Positions 24,468 through 36,277 of a DNA stretch of 64,000 nt are shown here, in pieces. The notes beneath the pieces are model-generated. The model had not been told where the DNA came from, made no database searches, and saw only the letters and a list, made by a program, of their open reading frames with translations. Source of the DNA: Lobosporangium transversale (Eukaryota); NCBI RefSeq assembly GCF_002105155.1, contig NW_019029010.1:124001-188000 (forward strand). The letters are read 5' to 3'. The position numbers and the translations under genes were made by a program. Within the stretch, counting starts at the first letter, position 1; the number at the start of each line of letters is the position of its first letter.

Positions 24468-26207
24468 ATGTTTGACATCCCTGAACTTGACGAACTCATC
24501 TTCTCCCAATTAAAACGAAATGACCTTGCCCACTGTGCTCAAGTCAATAGAATATGGCACAGAGCAACCACCCCATATCTGTGGTATAATGTAACTTCAT
24601 TAAAATTTACTCAAAGGAAGGCCTTCAGCGAAATGGTCTTGATGGCATATTACCAGGATCATCACCTAAAGCTTCAACAACAACAATCGCCGCAAGGTCC
24701 ACAAACCAATAATCCGCCTTCAGTCCTTGAAAAGTATGGTCATTTTATCCACCAAACCCCTTCCATCCATAACCTTCTCAAATTTTTTGAGCTGCCTTTC
24801 GCTCATGATGACAACAAGGACTTAAAAATCGCTGCCGGATCACTCGAGAAACCATCGGCCCCTGAACTAGTCCTCTTTTTTCTCAGCTATTGCCCTTCAA
24901 TTAAACATGACCGCCTCTATGTCACTCCTTTTGATATTGCTTCGGATGACCTTCTCAGGGCCTATGCAGCTTTTGCACCCCATGTGAAAGAGCTCATCAT
25001 TGAGAATGGTGGGAACAAAAAGCCTCTTACAGATGTGTGGAGGGTCAAGTATCTTTTGTCTAAATGCTCTTCAACAAGACTTCGATCACTAACCATTCAG
25101 CTGGATCTCAAAGACGCACAGAATGAGCCGCCTAGCTGGAGTCAGGATAATGCATCCAAAGATGGAGAAGTGTTTCTTCCTCTTCTGCAGGGACTCAAGG
25201 TCTTGATTTTAGGAAGATGTCACGACACTACCAACTCCAAGTCTTTCTGGCCACAATTATGGGAGTCTTGTTATCATGTTGAGGACCTCGGAGTCGGTGA
25301 CGTCGATAAAGATATTATCGAGGCCTTAGTGGAGAAAATGTCGAGATACATGCCTAAAGTTCATCAGTTGCAGTTGGGAGAAGGCGGAAATATGATGCGA
25401 GGTCTAGAGGATGAAGAAGTGGCTTCACTATTGGCGAATCCGTGTCAACATCAAGGATGGACAATAGTGAGAACAAAGAGCTATATCAACTTTGGAAAGT
25501 TATCCATGTTAAATTTAGGAAGGCACTGCTCCAACTTAGCGGAGTTAGATATTACAGATTGCAAGTACTTCTCAAAGGATTTAGCTTCAATACTATCAAT
25601 ATGTCCAAAACTTCAGGTTTTGACCACGATCAACGATAATTTCAGTTGGCAACCGGCGGCCTACACTTTAAATGCAAATGACTTTATGGATTTGGATTCA
25701 GCAGCAGGGCGACTCAAACCTTGGGCTTGTGAAAGTTCGCTCAAGGTCCTCAAGGTCATCATCTCCCACATCCCAAGGCCAGATCTATCAGGCAGTCAGG
25801 ATGAAGAAACAGTAGTTGGAGAGGCCTACTTCGGTGAAGGGCGGATAATACAGAACAGAGTGTATGAACGATTAGGGCGGTTTTCAAACTTGGAGACATT
25901 ATGGCTAGGATATGCTTCTTATGATCCATATACAGACTATGAAGATGTAAACTACCCTGTCCAACGTGGGTGTTTGGAGATGTCGTTAGAGAGTGGGATG
26001 GACAGGCTTGCAGGAATAAAGAATCTACAGGAGCTGAATGTTACTCGTATGGCAGCTAAGATTGAAGCTGCTGAGATGAAATGGATGAAGCGGACGTGGC
26101 CCAACTTAAGGATCACTCCAAAACAAAAAGTAGGCGGTGACATAGGCGATGATTCTGATATTAGTAGTGACGGAGGATTCATAGATTGGTTAAAATCATT
26201 CTTTTAA
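24468..26207 (+). CDS. F-box / RNI-like LRR protein
   Basis: MFDIPELDELIFSQL...DLAHCAQVNRIWH F-box at the probable ATG 24468; PWACESSLKVL, VYERLGRFSNLETLWLG and CLEMSLESGMDRLAG motifs of the expanded Mortierellaceae F-box family. Confidence 0.85.
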   Translation: MFDIPELDELIFSQLKRNDLAHCAQVNRIWHRATTPYLWYNVTSLKFTQRKAFSEMVLMAYYQDHHLKLQQQQSPQGPQTNNPPSVLEKYGHFIHQTPSIHNLLKFFELPFAHDDNKDLKIAAGSLEKPSAPELVLFFLSYCPSIKHDRLYVTPFDIASDDLLRAYAAFAPHVKELIIENGGNKKPLTDVWRVKYLLSKCSSTRLRSLTIQLDLKDAQNEPPSWSQDNASKDGEVFLPLLQGLKVLILGRCHDTTNSKSFWPQLWESCYHVEDLGVGDVDKDIIEALVEKMSRYMPKVHQLQLGEGGNMMRGLEDEEVASLLANPCQHQGWTIVRTKSYINFGKLSMLNLGRHCSNLAELDITDCKYFSKDLASILSICPKLQVLTTINDNFSWQPAAYTLNANDFMDLDSAAGRLKPWACESSLKVLKVIISHIPRPDLSGSQDEETVVGEAYFGEGRIIQNRVYERLGRFSNLETLWLGYASYDPYTDYEDVNYPVQRGCLEMSLESGMDRLAGIKNLQELNVTRMAAKIEAAEMKWMKRTWPNLRITPKQKVGGDIGDDSDISSDGGFIDWLKSFF

Positions 26208-26628
26208 GTTTTCTATGACCACTTGATTTAATAAATAAATAGTCGTCTTCAGTCGTTTACTTTTCTTATCTTAGTTAGATAGTGACAAACATTGGGATAC
26301 TACAGTTCAAGGAAAAAGTTTGCAAACCGTACTCCACGTCAAGAGGATATCACAGATGAATTTCTGTCAAGTTTCGCAATATATTCAGGATTATGGTTCT
26401 GATTTGTTAAAATCATTTCCCTTGATCAACGTCGCAGATGCGCACGAGCCATTCGTATCTGGCTTAAAAGTCACCATGAAACTAAATGTACATGAACATG
26501 TATGGCTAGTATCTTTTTTTGGATTTTTTGTACTGAGCAGCCATTTCTAATAAGTTTAAAAGGAAAAATTCTCATCCTTTCCTCTTTCCTCTCATCACAC
26601 TTCTTCTCTTCACAATAAAGATCACACA

Positions 26629-28667
26629 ATGAAGCTTAATGAGAAAGATGCAGAGTCATCTGTTACCACCATTCATGATCTTGAAGACAAACATGAGCAT
26701 TCCTTGCCATGCTCCAATGACACCATGAGCGCAGTTGTGGTTGCTGGGATACCAGGGCCAACGATTGCTGTTGATCAGAACGACTCTTGCTCTCTTTCTT
26801 TAAGCGTGGCCCCTGAGAAAAGCTTCTGGAGGAGTCAACCACCTTTTTATCCTGAAATAAAAGGTGATCCTCGAGAGGGACTTTCCCGTAGAAGAAAGGC
26901 AGTTATTCTCTTTGTTATTTCTCAGGCGGGTTCACTTGCTGGTTTTAGCTCTACTATTTATGTATGTCTTGTTCAATTATTCATGAATTCTCCATTTCGT
27001 CTGGTCAAGTAATTATTCATCAATGTGAATTTGATCTAGTGGCTGATTTTGACATTTCACCACCAATGAAATCAAGACCACTCAAAAATATATGAATTAC
27101 TGTCCAAACAAGACGGATAAAATGTCTCGCTCATTCAGCTCATTCTGTAGTTTCTCTGAATCATTACAAAGCAGTCTAACTTTTTCCACATCTTTTTTCC
27201 ATTTAGTTTCCATCTCTGGTTCAGATTTCTGAGGATCTGAATGCATCTCAGACGAGCATCAATGCGTCAGTGTCCTTATTCATCCTCTTCATGGGCGTTG
27301 CTCCCCTTATTACTTCAACGCTCTCCGATACATTCAAGATCCGCCGTATTCTTTATCTTGTTTATGCAGTAGTATTTACGGTTGCATCTTTTGGTGGCGG
27401 ATATTCCAACTCAGCCGCTCCCCTTATTCTCGCTCGAATCTTTCAAGCGGTAGGCTCTGGCGGAGCCACCATTCTTGGAGCAGGGACTATAACCGATATT
27501 TATGTAAGCAATCTCAACTGAATCCATCTATACTCTCTTTATATAGTTCTCAACGACCATGATGCTCTTACTTACATTTCTTTGAAATTTCAACTTGTCT
27601 CTCTTAAGCCACCAGCTGAGCAAGGAACATCAATGGGCTTATTCTTCTTGGGTCAATTCCTTGGTCCGGTCTTAGGGCCTCCGATTGGCGGTCTCCTAGC
27701 ACACGCATTCGGTTGGCGATCTACATTCTATTTCATGGCCATCGTCAGTGTTGTAGTGATCTTGGAGCTGTTCTTTTTCTTGCCTGAAACTTACCGTGTA
27801 GAGCCAGAAGATTTGGACTCGCTTGAGACTAAAGGCTTGCCGACACGAACCAAAAAGGGATTTGTTAATCCATTTAAAGCCGTATTCTTATTAAGGCATC
27901 CTGTCATCATCCTCTCTGCTATTGAGCTCGGAATGGTCTTTGGCCTCATGTTTTCCAGTAAGCGATGCAACTCTCTGAAGAACACAAAGACACTACATTC
28001 TTTTTCGGCTCTTACTAATTTTTCATTTCCCTTACCCTGCCCGTCTTTTTTTTTTTTTTTTTTTTTTTTTGTAGTCGAAACCATTGTTCCTGAGCTATTT
28101 ACGAGTCGCTATGGGCTAAACGAATTCGAAACAGGTCTAACCTATCTCGGCGCCGGCGTTGGAAGCGTTATCGGTGCTATGATGGGCGGTAAACTGTCTG
28201 ATCTCTCCTTGGTACGTGGCCAGCGTAGAAATGGAGGCGAGGCGATCCTGGAAGATCGATTGTCAATTACAATGTGGATTGCTGCTTATATCATTGTCCC
28301 TTTGGGTGCTCTTCTCTTTGCATGGAGTGCTCAAGATCATCTCCACATCGCTGTACCTATTGTTGGCTTTTCAATCTATAACTTTGGTATGGGTCAGGTC
28401 ATGTCCGCCGGTTCCGCTTACGTAGTCAATGCTATCCCAGGACAAGGATCTTCTGCGACAGCAGCGGTCGGCTGTTTAAGGATGATCTTTGCATGCATCT
28501 TTTCATTGACTGCCCAGCTCATTGTGGATAGTATTGGATATGGTAATTATGGTATTATCATGGCCGTCATCAATATTGTTTGTACCCTTGTGTTCCATAT
28601 TGTCAAGTTTAAGGGTGCTAAAATGCGTGCCGCTGCTGCCAAGATCGAGCAGAATAAGAACTCGTAA
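26629..28667 (+). CDS. MFS drug:H+ antiporter-like (DHA1) transporter; exons 26629-26961, 27207-27503, 27609-27957, 28075-28667
   Basis: SSTIY|FPSL, LSDTFKIRR, GAGTITDIY|PPAEQG and GPVLGPPIGG...GWRSTF motifs; three GT-AG introns keep the frame. Confidence 0.9.
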
Positions 28668-29250
28668 ATTAGAACATAGATAATTAGAATATAGATAGAT
28701 TATTAGAATATAGATATAGTTTAGATTGTTTAGAAGCACAGTTTGACCGAAAAAGAGTTGGATATATACCATTGAATGAAGCTTTCACCTGTAATTAATC
28801 GCAACTGCCCTCAAAATCCATATGCAGGGATGAAGCTGTTGGGGCTGTCTTCGATCTTGAATCAGTTATTGTTAGGATTTATATCCAATACCAAGGCCAA
28901 TACAATAATTCTGGTGTGAGATATGCAAAAAGGATTTGTTCGATTTTTGGAATCTTCTTTGAAGTTATGGTCCAACTGCATGTGATGTATTGGGCCAACA
29001 GGTAGGACTAGTTTCTGTCTGGATTGTCGATCTTTCAATTGCAGTAGCCAGAGCAGGATAATTACTGAATCATATTCATTTTACCTCATTTCCCCATGAA
29101 AAGTATCTACTGCCTCTCTCTAGGACCACAAAATGTAACTTGATCGTTGCTATAAAGAGTACAGGCAGGCTTATATTCACCTCTTTTGATATTAATTTGC
29201 CTTGAAAAAAGTAACTTTTTGTTATATCTTTTCTGCAACGTTTTTTTTAT

Positions 29251-29286
<36 letters not shown>

Positions 29287-29714
29287 AGATATAAAATATA
29301 CTTGGCCCGTTGGGGAAAACAGTTGACAAGATGTCAATGGAAAATACTAAGGACAATTGCTCTTGAAACCCTTTTTTTTTTTCTTTTGTCATACAACACG
29401 GTAATAAACTTTAATTGCCAAATTGTTCGAAAGCAAGATGGTACTAAGCTTTTTTTAGCGTAATGAGAAGTGAAGAAGGGATTTCGTAAATGCTCGTACA
29501 AAATCCTTTGAACATCACACATCACACAACTGCATTGATCCCCAAATGGGAGGACCAAAACACGTAATAACAAATATATAAATACTTCTGCTTGCTCATT
29601 TTCTAGTTCTTTCTTTATCCTCTCTCCTTCATCCTCTTTCCTTTTCATACTTTCTGGTCCTCTTCTTTTCCCATTTACTTCCCATCCTCTTCTTTTCTTC
29701 TTCAAGACCAAATC

Positions 29715-30743
29715 ATGCACTTAAAATCTCTCCTTACTGCCTTGCTCCTTGTCACCTCGGCCACAACCTTGGCCTCCCCTGTCACTCTAGCTGATTTGCC
29801 AGCTAGCCAACAAGATTCCGCTGGTCTCCGTTCACCAAAGCAGCCTAATACGCCGCCGGAATCGCTTCCCTCTGATCCTTATGCGCGATATAATTATAGA
29901 AAGGTCGTTTCATCTCAAGAACTCCGTCCACAAAAAGGTCGACGTACTATCATTGTCGGGGATATCCATGGAGGCCTTGTTGGCTTCAATGGCTTTTTAA
30001 AAGATATTAAATTCAAGAGGGGCAAGGATAGATTAATCCTTGTAGGAGACATAGTGAGCAAGGGCCCATATTCGTTAGAGGTGATCAACAAGGCCCGTGC
30101 ATTAAAAGCAAAGTGTGTCCGTGGTAATCACGATGACAAGGTCATCCGATGGAGAGGCTATCTCGACAGCCTCAGTCCTTCAGAAAAAAAGCTATTGGAA
30201 GAGGAATCCAAAAGTAAATCTGAAGGAGATATACCAAATCTTCCAAATTACCCCTCAGATTTGATTCTGAACTCCGAGCATCACAAACTTGCGATGACAA
30301 TGAACAAAAAACAGTATGAATATCTGTTGTCTTGCCCATTGATCCTGTCGTTGCCTCCAGAATTGTCGTTGAATAAGATTCCTATCCATGTAGTTCACGC
30401 GGGGATTGATCCTCGCCATAGCCTAGACAAGCAAGAACCCTGGGTTCTGGTGAATATCCGTAACATCCGTGAAGACGGGACACCATTACGCAAGGCCAAG
30501 AAGGGCCGTGCTTGGGTGGATCAGTATAATGATGAGCAAAACTCCCGAGACACTGATGGCAAACCGGACAGTTTAATTGTCTATGGACATAACGCCAGTC
30601 GAAACTTAAATGTGAAGCCATGGACTGTTGGAATTGACACAGGCTGTGTCTATGGAAGGGCTCTGACGGGTTACGTAGTCGAGACAAACCGAATTTTGAG
30701 CGTTCCATGCCCTGTTCAGGTGGATGAAAATGAATCAGACTGA
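29715..30743 (+). CDS. Calcineurin-like metallophosphoesterase (ApaH/Ppn2-like) with signal peptide
   Basis: GDIHG, GDIVSKG, RGNHD, VHAG, YGH and GIDTGC motifs. Confidence 0.88.
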   Translation: MHLKSLLTALLLVTSATTLASPVTLADLPASQQDSAGLRSPKQPNTPPESLPSDPYARYNYRKVVSSQELRPQKGRRTIIVGDIHGGLVGFNGFLKDIKFKRGKDRLILVGDIVSKGPYSLEVINKARALKAKCVRGNHDDKVIRWRGYLDSLSPSEKKLLEEESKSKSEGDIPNLPNYPSDLILNSEHHKLAMTMNKKQYEYLLSCPLILSLPPELSLNKIPIHVVHAGIDPRHSLDKQEPWVLVNIRNIREDGTPLRKAKKGRAWVDQYNDEQNSRDTDGKPDSLIVYGHNASRNLNVKPWTVGIDTGCVYGRALTGYVVETNRILSVPCPVQVDENESD

Positions 30744-32128
30744 GAGATATAGGTCTCCTTCTTTCTTTCTTTCTTTCTTTCTTCCGCTATTACACTATCT
30801 TGCCTTTGTTCTTATTCGATCATCATCTGCTGTAAGCCGATAGTTTGTAGAAATAATCAAATTAACAATAATAAAAAAAACCTCCGTACAGCCTTGTCAT
30901 ATGGTAATGCAAGGGATATGAAGTCAATCAGGGTTTCATCGAAAATCTATGCTTACCATCAATAGCAGATGATTGCCTAACAGCTCCAATTTTCTTCGAG
31001 GAATAGGATCTATTTAAAATAAGAAGGCGGTTTTTTAAGTTGAAAAGAGCTCCTTGAAAAAATAATTACATATATATTTATATAAAACGAAAAAGGAGGC
31101 AAAGCCAAAGAGATTAAATGGGAGGGCAAAGAAGATTGGGTTTCAAGATCCAAGAGACGTCATAGACAAAAGCGCTCCTGGGAAACTGTGACGATTGGGT
31201 AAGAACGTTCCTTTTTAACGGGAAAATCTCCAGCTTAATCTGGTTTAAGGTCTGGTTAGTAATGTATTACATGTAACGCATCTGCAGAAAAAAATCATGT
31301 TACATTGCATGAATTCGAGAACAAAAAGGGGCATGAATCTGATAGAGTCGTTAGAGAAGCGTTTGACTTGTTTGAGCTTTTTTTACACATCTCTGTCCAT
31401 GTACTCATACTTCACGAAATTACAAAGAAGACTTACCATTTGCGTTTATTTCATAGACTCATATAGGGGTATGATTGGTCGCCTTTATAGGAATTCCTTC
31501 TTAGCTTTTGAGGGCATCATTATTGGTCATTCTTGTAATCTTTATTCCTCTATACCCTTGTCTTCTATAATCAAGGCGTTAAAAATGTCTGCTGGTAAGC
31601 ATGTCCAATCTATCCCGGTACAGATACATACAAACACGAGTACCCAAAGAATTTGATCGAGAAGGCTTAGAGTCGTTATCCCTCTTTGAACTTGTCTTTC
31701 CTTGTCATTAGGCGCAATTTGCGGTCTTTTTTTTTTTTTTTTTTTTTTTTTTGAGGTCGTCAATGTGAGTCTGAACGTCCACTCACACAGACATAGCCAG
31801 TGCTTATTTCAAACGTATTATAAATTTACAGTAAGGATGAGAACGACTAAACACAGCCCATCAGGTCACATTAGATCACATTCAAAATCTCGCATCAAGT
31901 ATAGCCCAAAATCCAACACATTCCTATCATGCAATCCGCACATGTCTTGAAACGAAAAGTAGTAAAAAAAACTTCAACATATACATCTATTTCGTCTTAT
32001 CCTTCAACTTTATTTGTTTTTCTTTCTTTCTTTCTTTTTTTTTTTTTTTTACCTTGCTCTGTACTGAACCTCATGCGTCATTTCCTCTCGTAAAAGATAT
32101 AAATCGCGGATTTCTTAAACAACGCATC

Positions 32129-32354
32129 ATGTCAAAGCAAGAAGAAAGCGTTGCTGATGCAACAGAGAAATATGAAGTCGATCATATGCAAAATGTTGAT
32201 CACCATGAGGTTTTGGCTGCTGAGCAGGAGGGGCTCAAACGCGGTCTCCGACTACGCCATATGGTCATGATTGCTGTCTCCGCTACCATTGGTACCGGTC
32301 TCTTCTTGACATCTGGCACAACCATCGCAACAGCTGGCCCAGGAGGCGCTTGTA

Positions 32355-32386
<32 letters not shown>

Positions 32387-33916
32387 CCCCTCCATCTCTG
32401 GCACTAAGAATACATAAACTTATTTCTCTTCCAAACTTTTTTTTTCTTTTCTTTTCTTTTCTAAGTACTGGCATATGCGACTATTGGCTTCTGGCTCGTG
32501 TTTGTATGTCAAGCTATCGGTGAAATTGCAACGCTGCTTCCACTTCCTGGCGCCTTCAACGCCTGGGGCGGGCGTGTCTTTGATGAAGCCTCATCATTCC
32601 AGATGACTTGGATGTACTTCATCTACTGGGCCTTGACTATTCCTGCAGAGCTTTCAGCCTCGGCTATTATTGTCGGTTTCTGGTTGCCTCAGGGCTCCAC
32701 GTTTCCAACTTGGATCGTTCCCTTAATCATCATCATTGTCATGGTGTTGATTAACCTAGCGGGCGTGAGAGCTTACGGCGAACTCGAGTACTGGTTCTCG
32801 ATCCTCAAAGTTATTACAATCATCATGTTCATCATCTGTGGCATCTTGGTTGATGCTGGTGTTCTTGGTAACGTCAAGTATGGAATGGATGCTTGGCACA
32901 TTGAGGGAGCACCCTTCAAAGGAGGGTTCATGGGCTTCATCACGGCTTTAGTCTCTGTCGGCTTTGCCTACGGAGGTACTGAAATGACTGGTGTCACAGC
33001 CGCAGAGTCTCGTAACCCCCACAAGCATGTCCCGAAGGCTGTTAACACTGTGTTGATCCGTATTGCATTCTTTTATATCGTTTCCATTTTCTTGCTCGGG
33101 TCCATTATTCGTAACGACGATCCTTCACTTCTTAATTCCAATTCATCTGCTGCCAAGGCTCCGTTCACAATCGTGTTTGCCAAGGCTGGTATCAATGCCG
33201 CAGCCAATTACATGAATGCTGTGGTCTTCACATCCGTATTCTCAGCCATCAACTCGGACTTTTATGTGGCTACGAGGATGTTGTTGTCTCTTTCTCGTAA
33301 CGGTTGGGCCCATAAGATAATCGGCTACACGAATTCACGTGGCGTTCCTCTTTTGGCTGTAGCTGTTGTCACGGCCTGTTCATGTTTGTCTCTAACTACC
33401 ATCTTTGTCGGTTCCGGAGTGGTCTTTCAATGGTTCGTAGCCATTAATGGATCCCTCATCTTCCAAATCTGGGTCTTTATTTTGTTTCTCCATTTTCGAT
33501 TTCGGTATTGCTGGAAGAAACAGAGTCGAGCAGTCAAGGATTTGCCCTATGTCTCTTGGGGTTACCCTTACGGTAATATTCTGGGAACGGTGATAGGTTG
33601 CTGCTGTGTTATTGCAAACTGTTATTTGTCGGTGACAAGTGCACCACACCACCCAGGCGCAGGCGCTAGTGCAGAACAGATGAAGGAATATCATTCTGCT
33701 CGGGAAACTTATGCCAAGGGGCTTTTGGGGGCTTGGTTCCCTTGGGTAGTCTCTCCAATCCTGTTCTTCTCGTACAAGTTTGTGAGGAAGACCAAGCTGG
33801 TCAGAGCTGAGGATGCAGATCTGGATACAGGCCGATTTATTCCTTCAGAATCTGACAAAGAAGATATGAAGTCTTCTCGTTCCATGTGGAAGAAGATTGT
33901 TACATATTTTATCTAG
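32129..33916 (+). CDS. Amino-acid permease (APC superfamily, yeast amino acid transporter family); exons 32129-32351 and 32466-33916
   Basis: LKRGLRLRHMVMIA...TIGTGLF, YGELEYW, FAYGGTE, AAESRNP and DLDTGR motifs; intron 32352-32465. Confidence 0.93.
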
Positions 33917-33955
33917 AGGAATTAGAATTATCCAAGCAATTGTTCATATCGCCAA

Positions 33956-34127
33956 TTTCATTTGGTCATGATACCTTATATTTTTAATCTAAAAACGATG
34001 ATTGAATTGTTCTGGTGGCATTTCACTACGTGACGGACTTGCAACAATACTCGCAACAAGCGAGCCAATTGGCTGCCAATACACTCGAAAGTATTCAAAA
34101 AATATAAGGTATCATGACCAAATGAAA
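33956..34127. mobile_element. MITE-like element, ~172 bp, with perfect 30-bp inverted repeats
   Basis: 33956-33985 is the exact reverse complement of 34098-34127; shares the core TCATTTGGTCATG with the element at 22836. Confidence 0.7.
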
Positions 34128-34420
34128 CGGGCTACATAATATTTTTGTACAGTTCGTCAAAATTAGTTCTCCAGCAGTCACAATTATCACAGTTTATTGC
34201 TTCCCGAGTCAACAGACAAAAGCCACTAACCAAATAAACTGATCTCTTCGCGAGTACTTGTCGTCCATTCCATAGGAATAGCAAGTGGCCTATTCAGACT
34301 GACTTGTTTCATTCGTCTTCACATCCTATCTTCTCGTCTTCTTCCTTTCCGCGAGCACAGAGCAGCAGGAATCCTTATAATTTTTCATCTTCAGGACCAG
34401 TTTTAAATTTAATTTTTACT

Positions 34421-35413
34421 ATGGCATCATTGGTCAGCCTTGTTCGTCCTGGACTCTTTGTTCAACGCTCGGTAATTGAATGAAACTTCAATTTTACTCT
34501 TAGTTCATCGGGACAATCACACGGAGACAAAGGGAAAAGAAAAAAAAAAAAAAAAAAAAAAGGCGTCCTACAACAATGGCTGCATTTATGCTGAAAGAAT
34601 GCTGCTCAGTTTGCAATTAGCATCAAATTGCTGTGTGTTCTTAAAAAATAAATAAGTTTGACTCGCGTCTCTCAGCCTTGCCATATCCAATACTATCAGG
34701 CGTTATCAGTAGGCGTCAGGAACGATTGAAATTGCTTAGGAAATTAACCTTCTTTTCTATCTCTCTTGTTTTTTCTTTCTTTCCTTCATCATGACCTATC
34801 CAATTACCCAATAATCATCTTAATAATGAATGGCACAGTTGGGTTTGAAGGCAATTGGTGAGTATCTGGACAACAAACAAGGAGCAAATGCATTCTCTGC
34901 TTGTGTTATTATAATTAGAAGAAAAAAAAAAAATAGATAAAGCCTTGGATACTGATGGGGATTTTTTTCTTTTTTTTTTTTTTCCTTCTTTCTTTTCTCC
35001 CAGCTGCTTCTAGGTTTTCTACATTCACATCTACCCGCGCTGAGGCAATTGAAACGACAACATCACATACTACACCAGTAGGACAAGTCCCTTCCCAGCA
35101 GAATGAGCAAGAGGGACCAACAGCTACACAAAACTCTGACAACTCATTCTATACACCTTTGCAAGCATGGCTCCGGGATTTCAGAACAAATGAACCCAAG
35201 GATATGATCAACTTGAAACGCCAAGTCTTTGGAGCTCCTTTGAGGAAGGATATCTTGCACAGAGTAGTTGTCTGGCAAAGAGATGCGGAGCGTCAGGGAA
35301 CACATTCGACCAAAGGAAGAAGCGAAGTCAGTGGAACAACTCGCAAGGCTGCACCGCAGAAAGGACGTGGCGCTGCTCGTGTGGGATCTTTACGTGCGCC
35401 TCAACGTCGCGGA

Positions 35414-35449
<36 letters not shown>

Positions 35450-35895
35450 AGCGCTTTGCTTTTATTTTGCTTATTTTCGAGAGGCTTTTAAACCGATAAC
35501 TCACATATATTATATCTATTTGAATAGGTGGAATTGCATTTGGACCAAAGCCTAGAGATCATTCAAGTGAATTGCCTCGTAAGGTTCAGGAGATGGGTCT
35601 GCGTATTGCGTTGTCGACCAAATATGCACAGGATCAGTTGGTGATTGTGGATGATATTGTTTTAGATTCTCATAAGGCTCGGGAATTCGAGAAGATTCAA
35701 AGACAACATGGCTGGGATTCAATCCTTGTTGTGGCTCATCAAGAGAATGAGAATTTGTGGCGTGCAACGAACAACTTACAGCAAGTGGATGTCACGGTCA
35801 TGCAGGAGACAGATGTCTTGAGGTTGCTGAAGTATCAAACGGTCATCATCGATAGGAAATCAGTCCGCTATCTAGAGAAAAAGTTAAAGATTTAA
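34421..35895 (+). CDS. YML6: Mitochondrial large-subunit ribosomal protein uL4m; exons 34421-34471, 34839-34857, 35004-35414, 35528-35895
   Basis: DILHRVVVWQ...QGTHSTKGRSEVSG..RK..PQKGRGAARVGS.RAP..RGG|GIAFGPKPRD uL4 signature; the first two exons are inferred from GT-AG sites that keep the frame. Confidence 0.88.
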
Positions 35896-36277
35896 AAGAC
35901 GTTGGTAAAATAGAGGCAGTAACGAGGGACAGGGGATGGAAGAAAAAGGGTGTCATTTTATTAAAAAAAAACAAAAGCGGTGAATGGGGGCCTCCTTTCT
36001 TTTATGCAATAGTTTTATTAGATTTTTTAACATTAAAAGCAACCATTCAAATGTATTAAAGTTTATACACCATCCGAGTGTTTAAAATTCTTGAACAATG
36101 TAGCTTAGTAAGAAGCTGTGAAGATTTAATAATAATAAAACCCAAAGGCATAATAAAAGTAGAATATACAATTCCTCGTAATTATGGCCAATTTGTTTAA
36201 AAAATAAAGAATAAGAACGAAGATTATATGGACAATGGTGAATTTATATTATTTACTCCCATTTGACAACATCTTTC

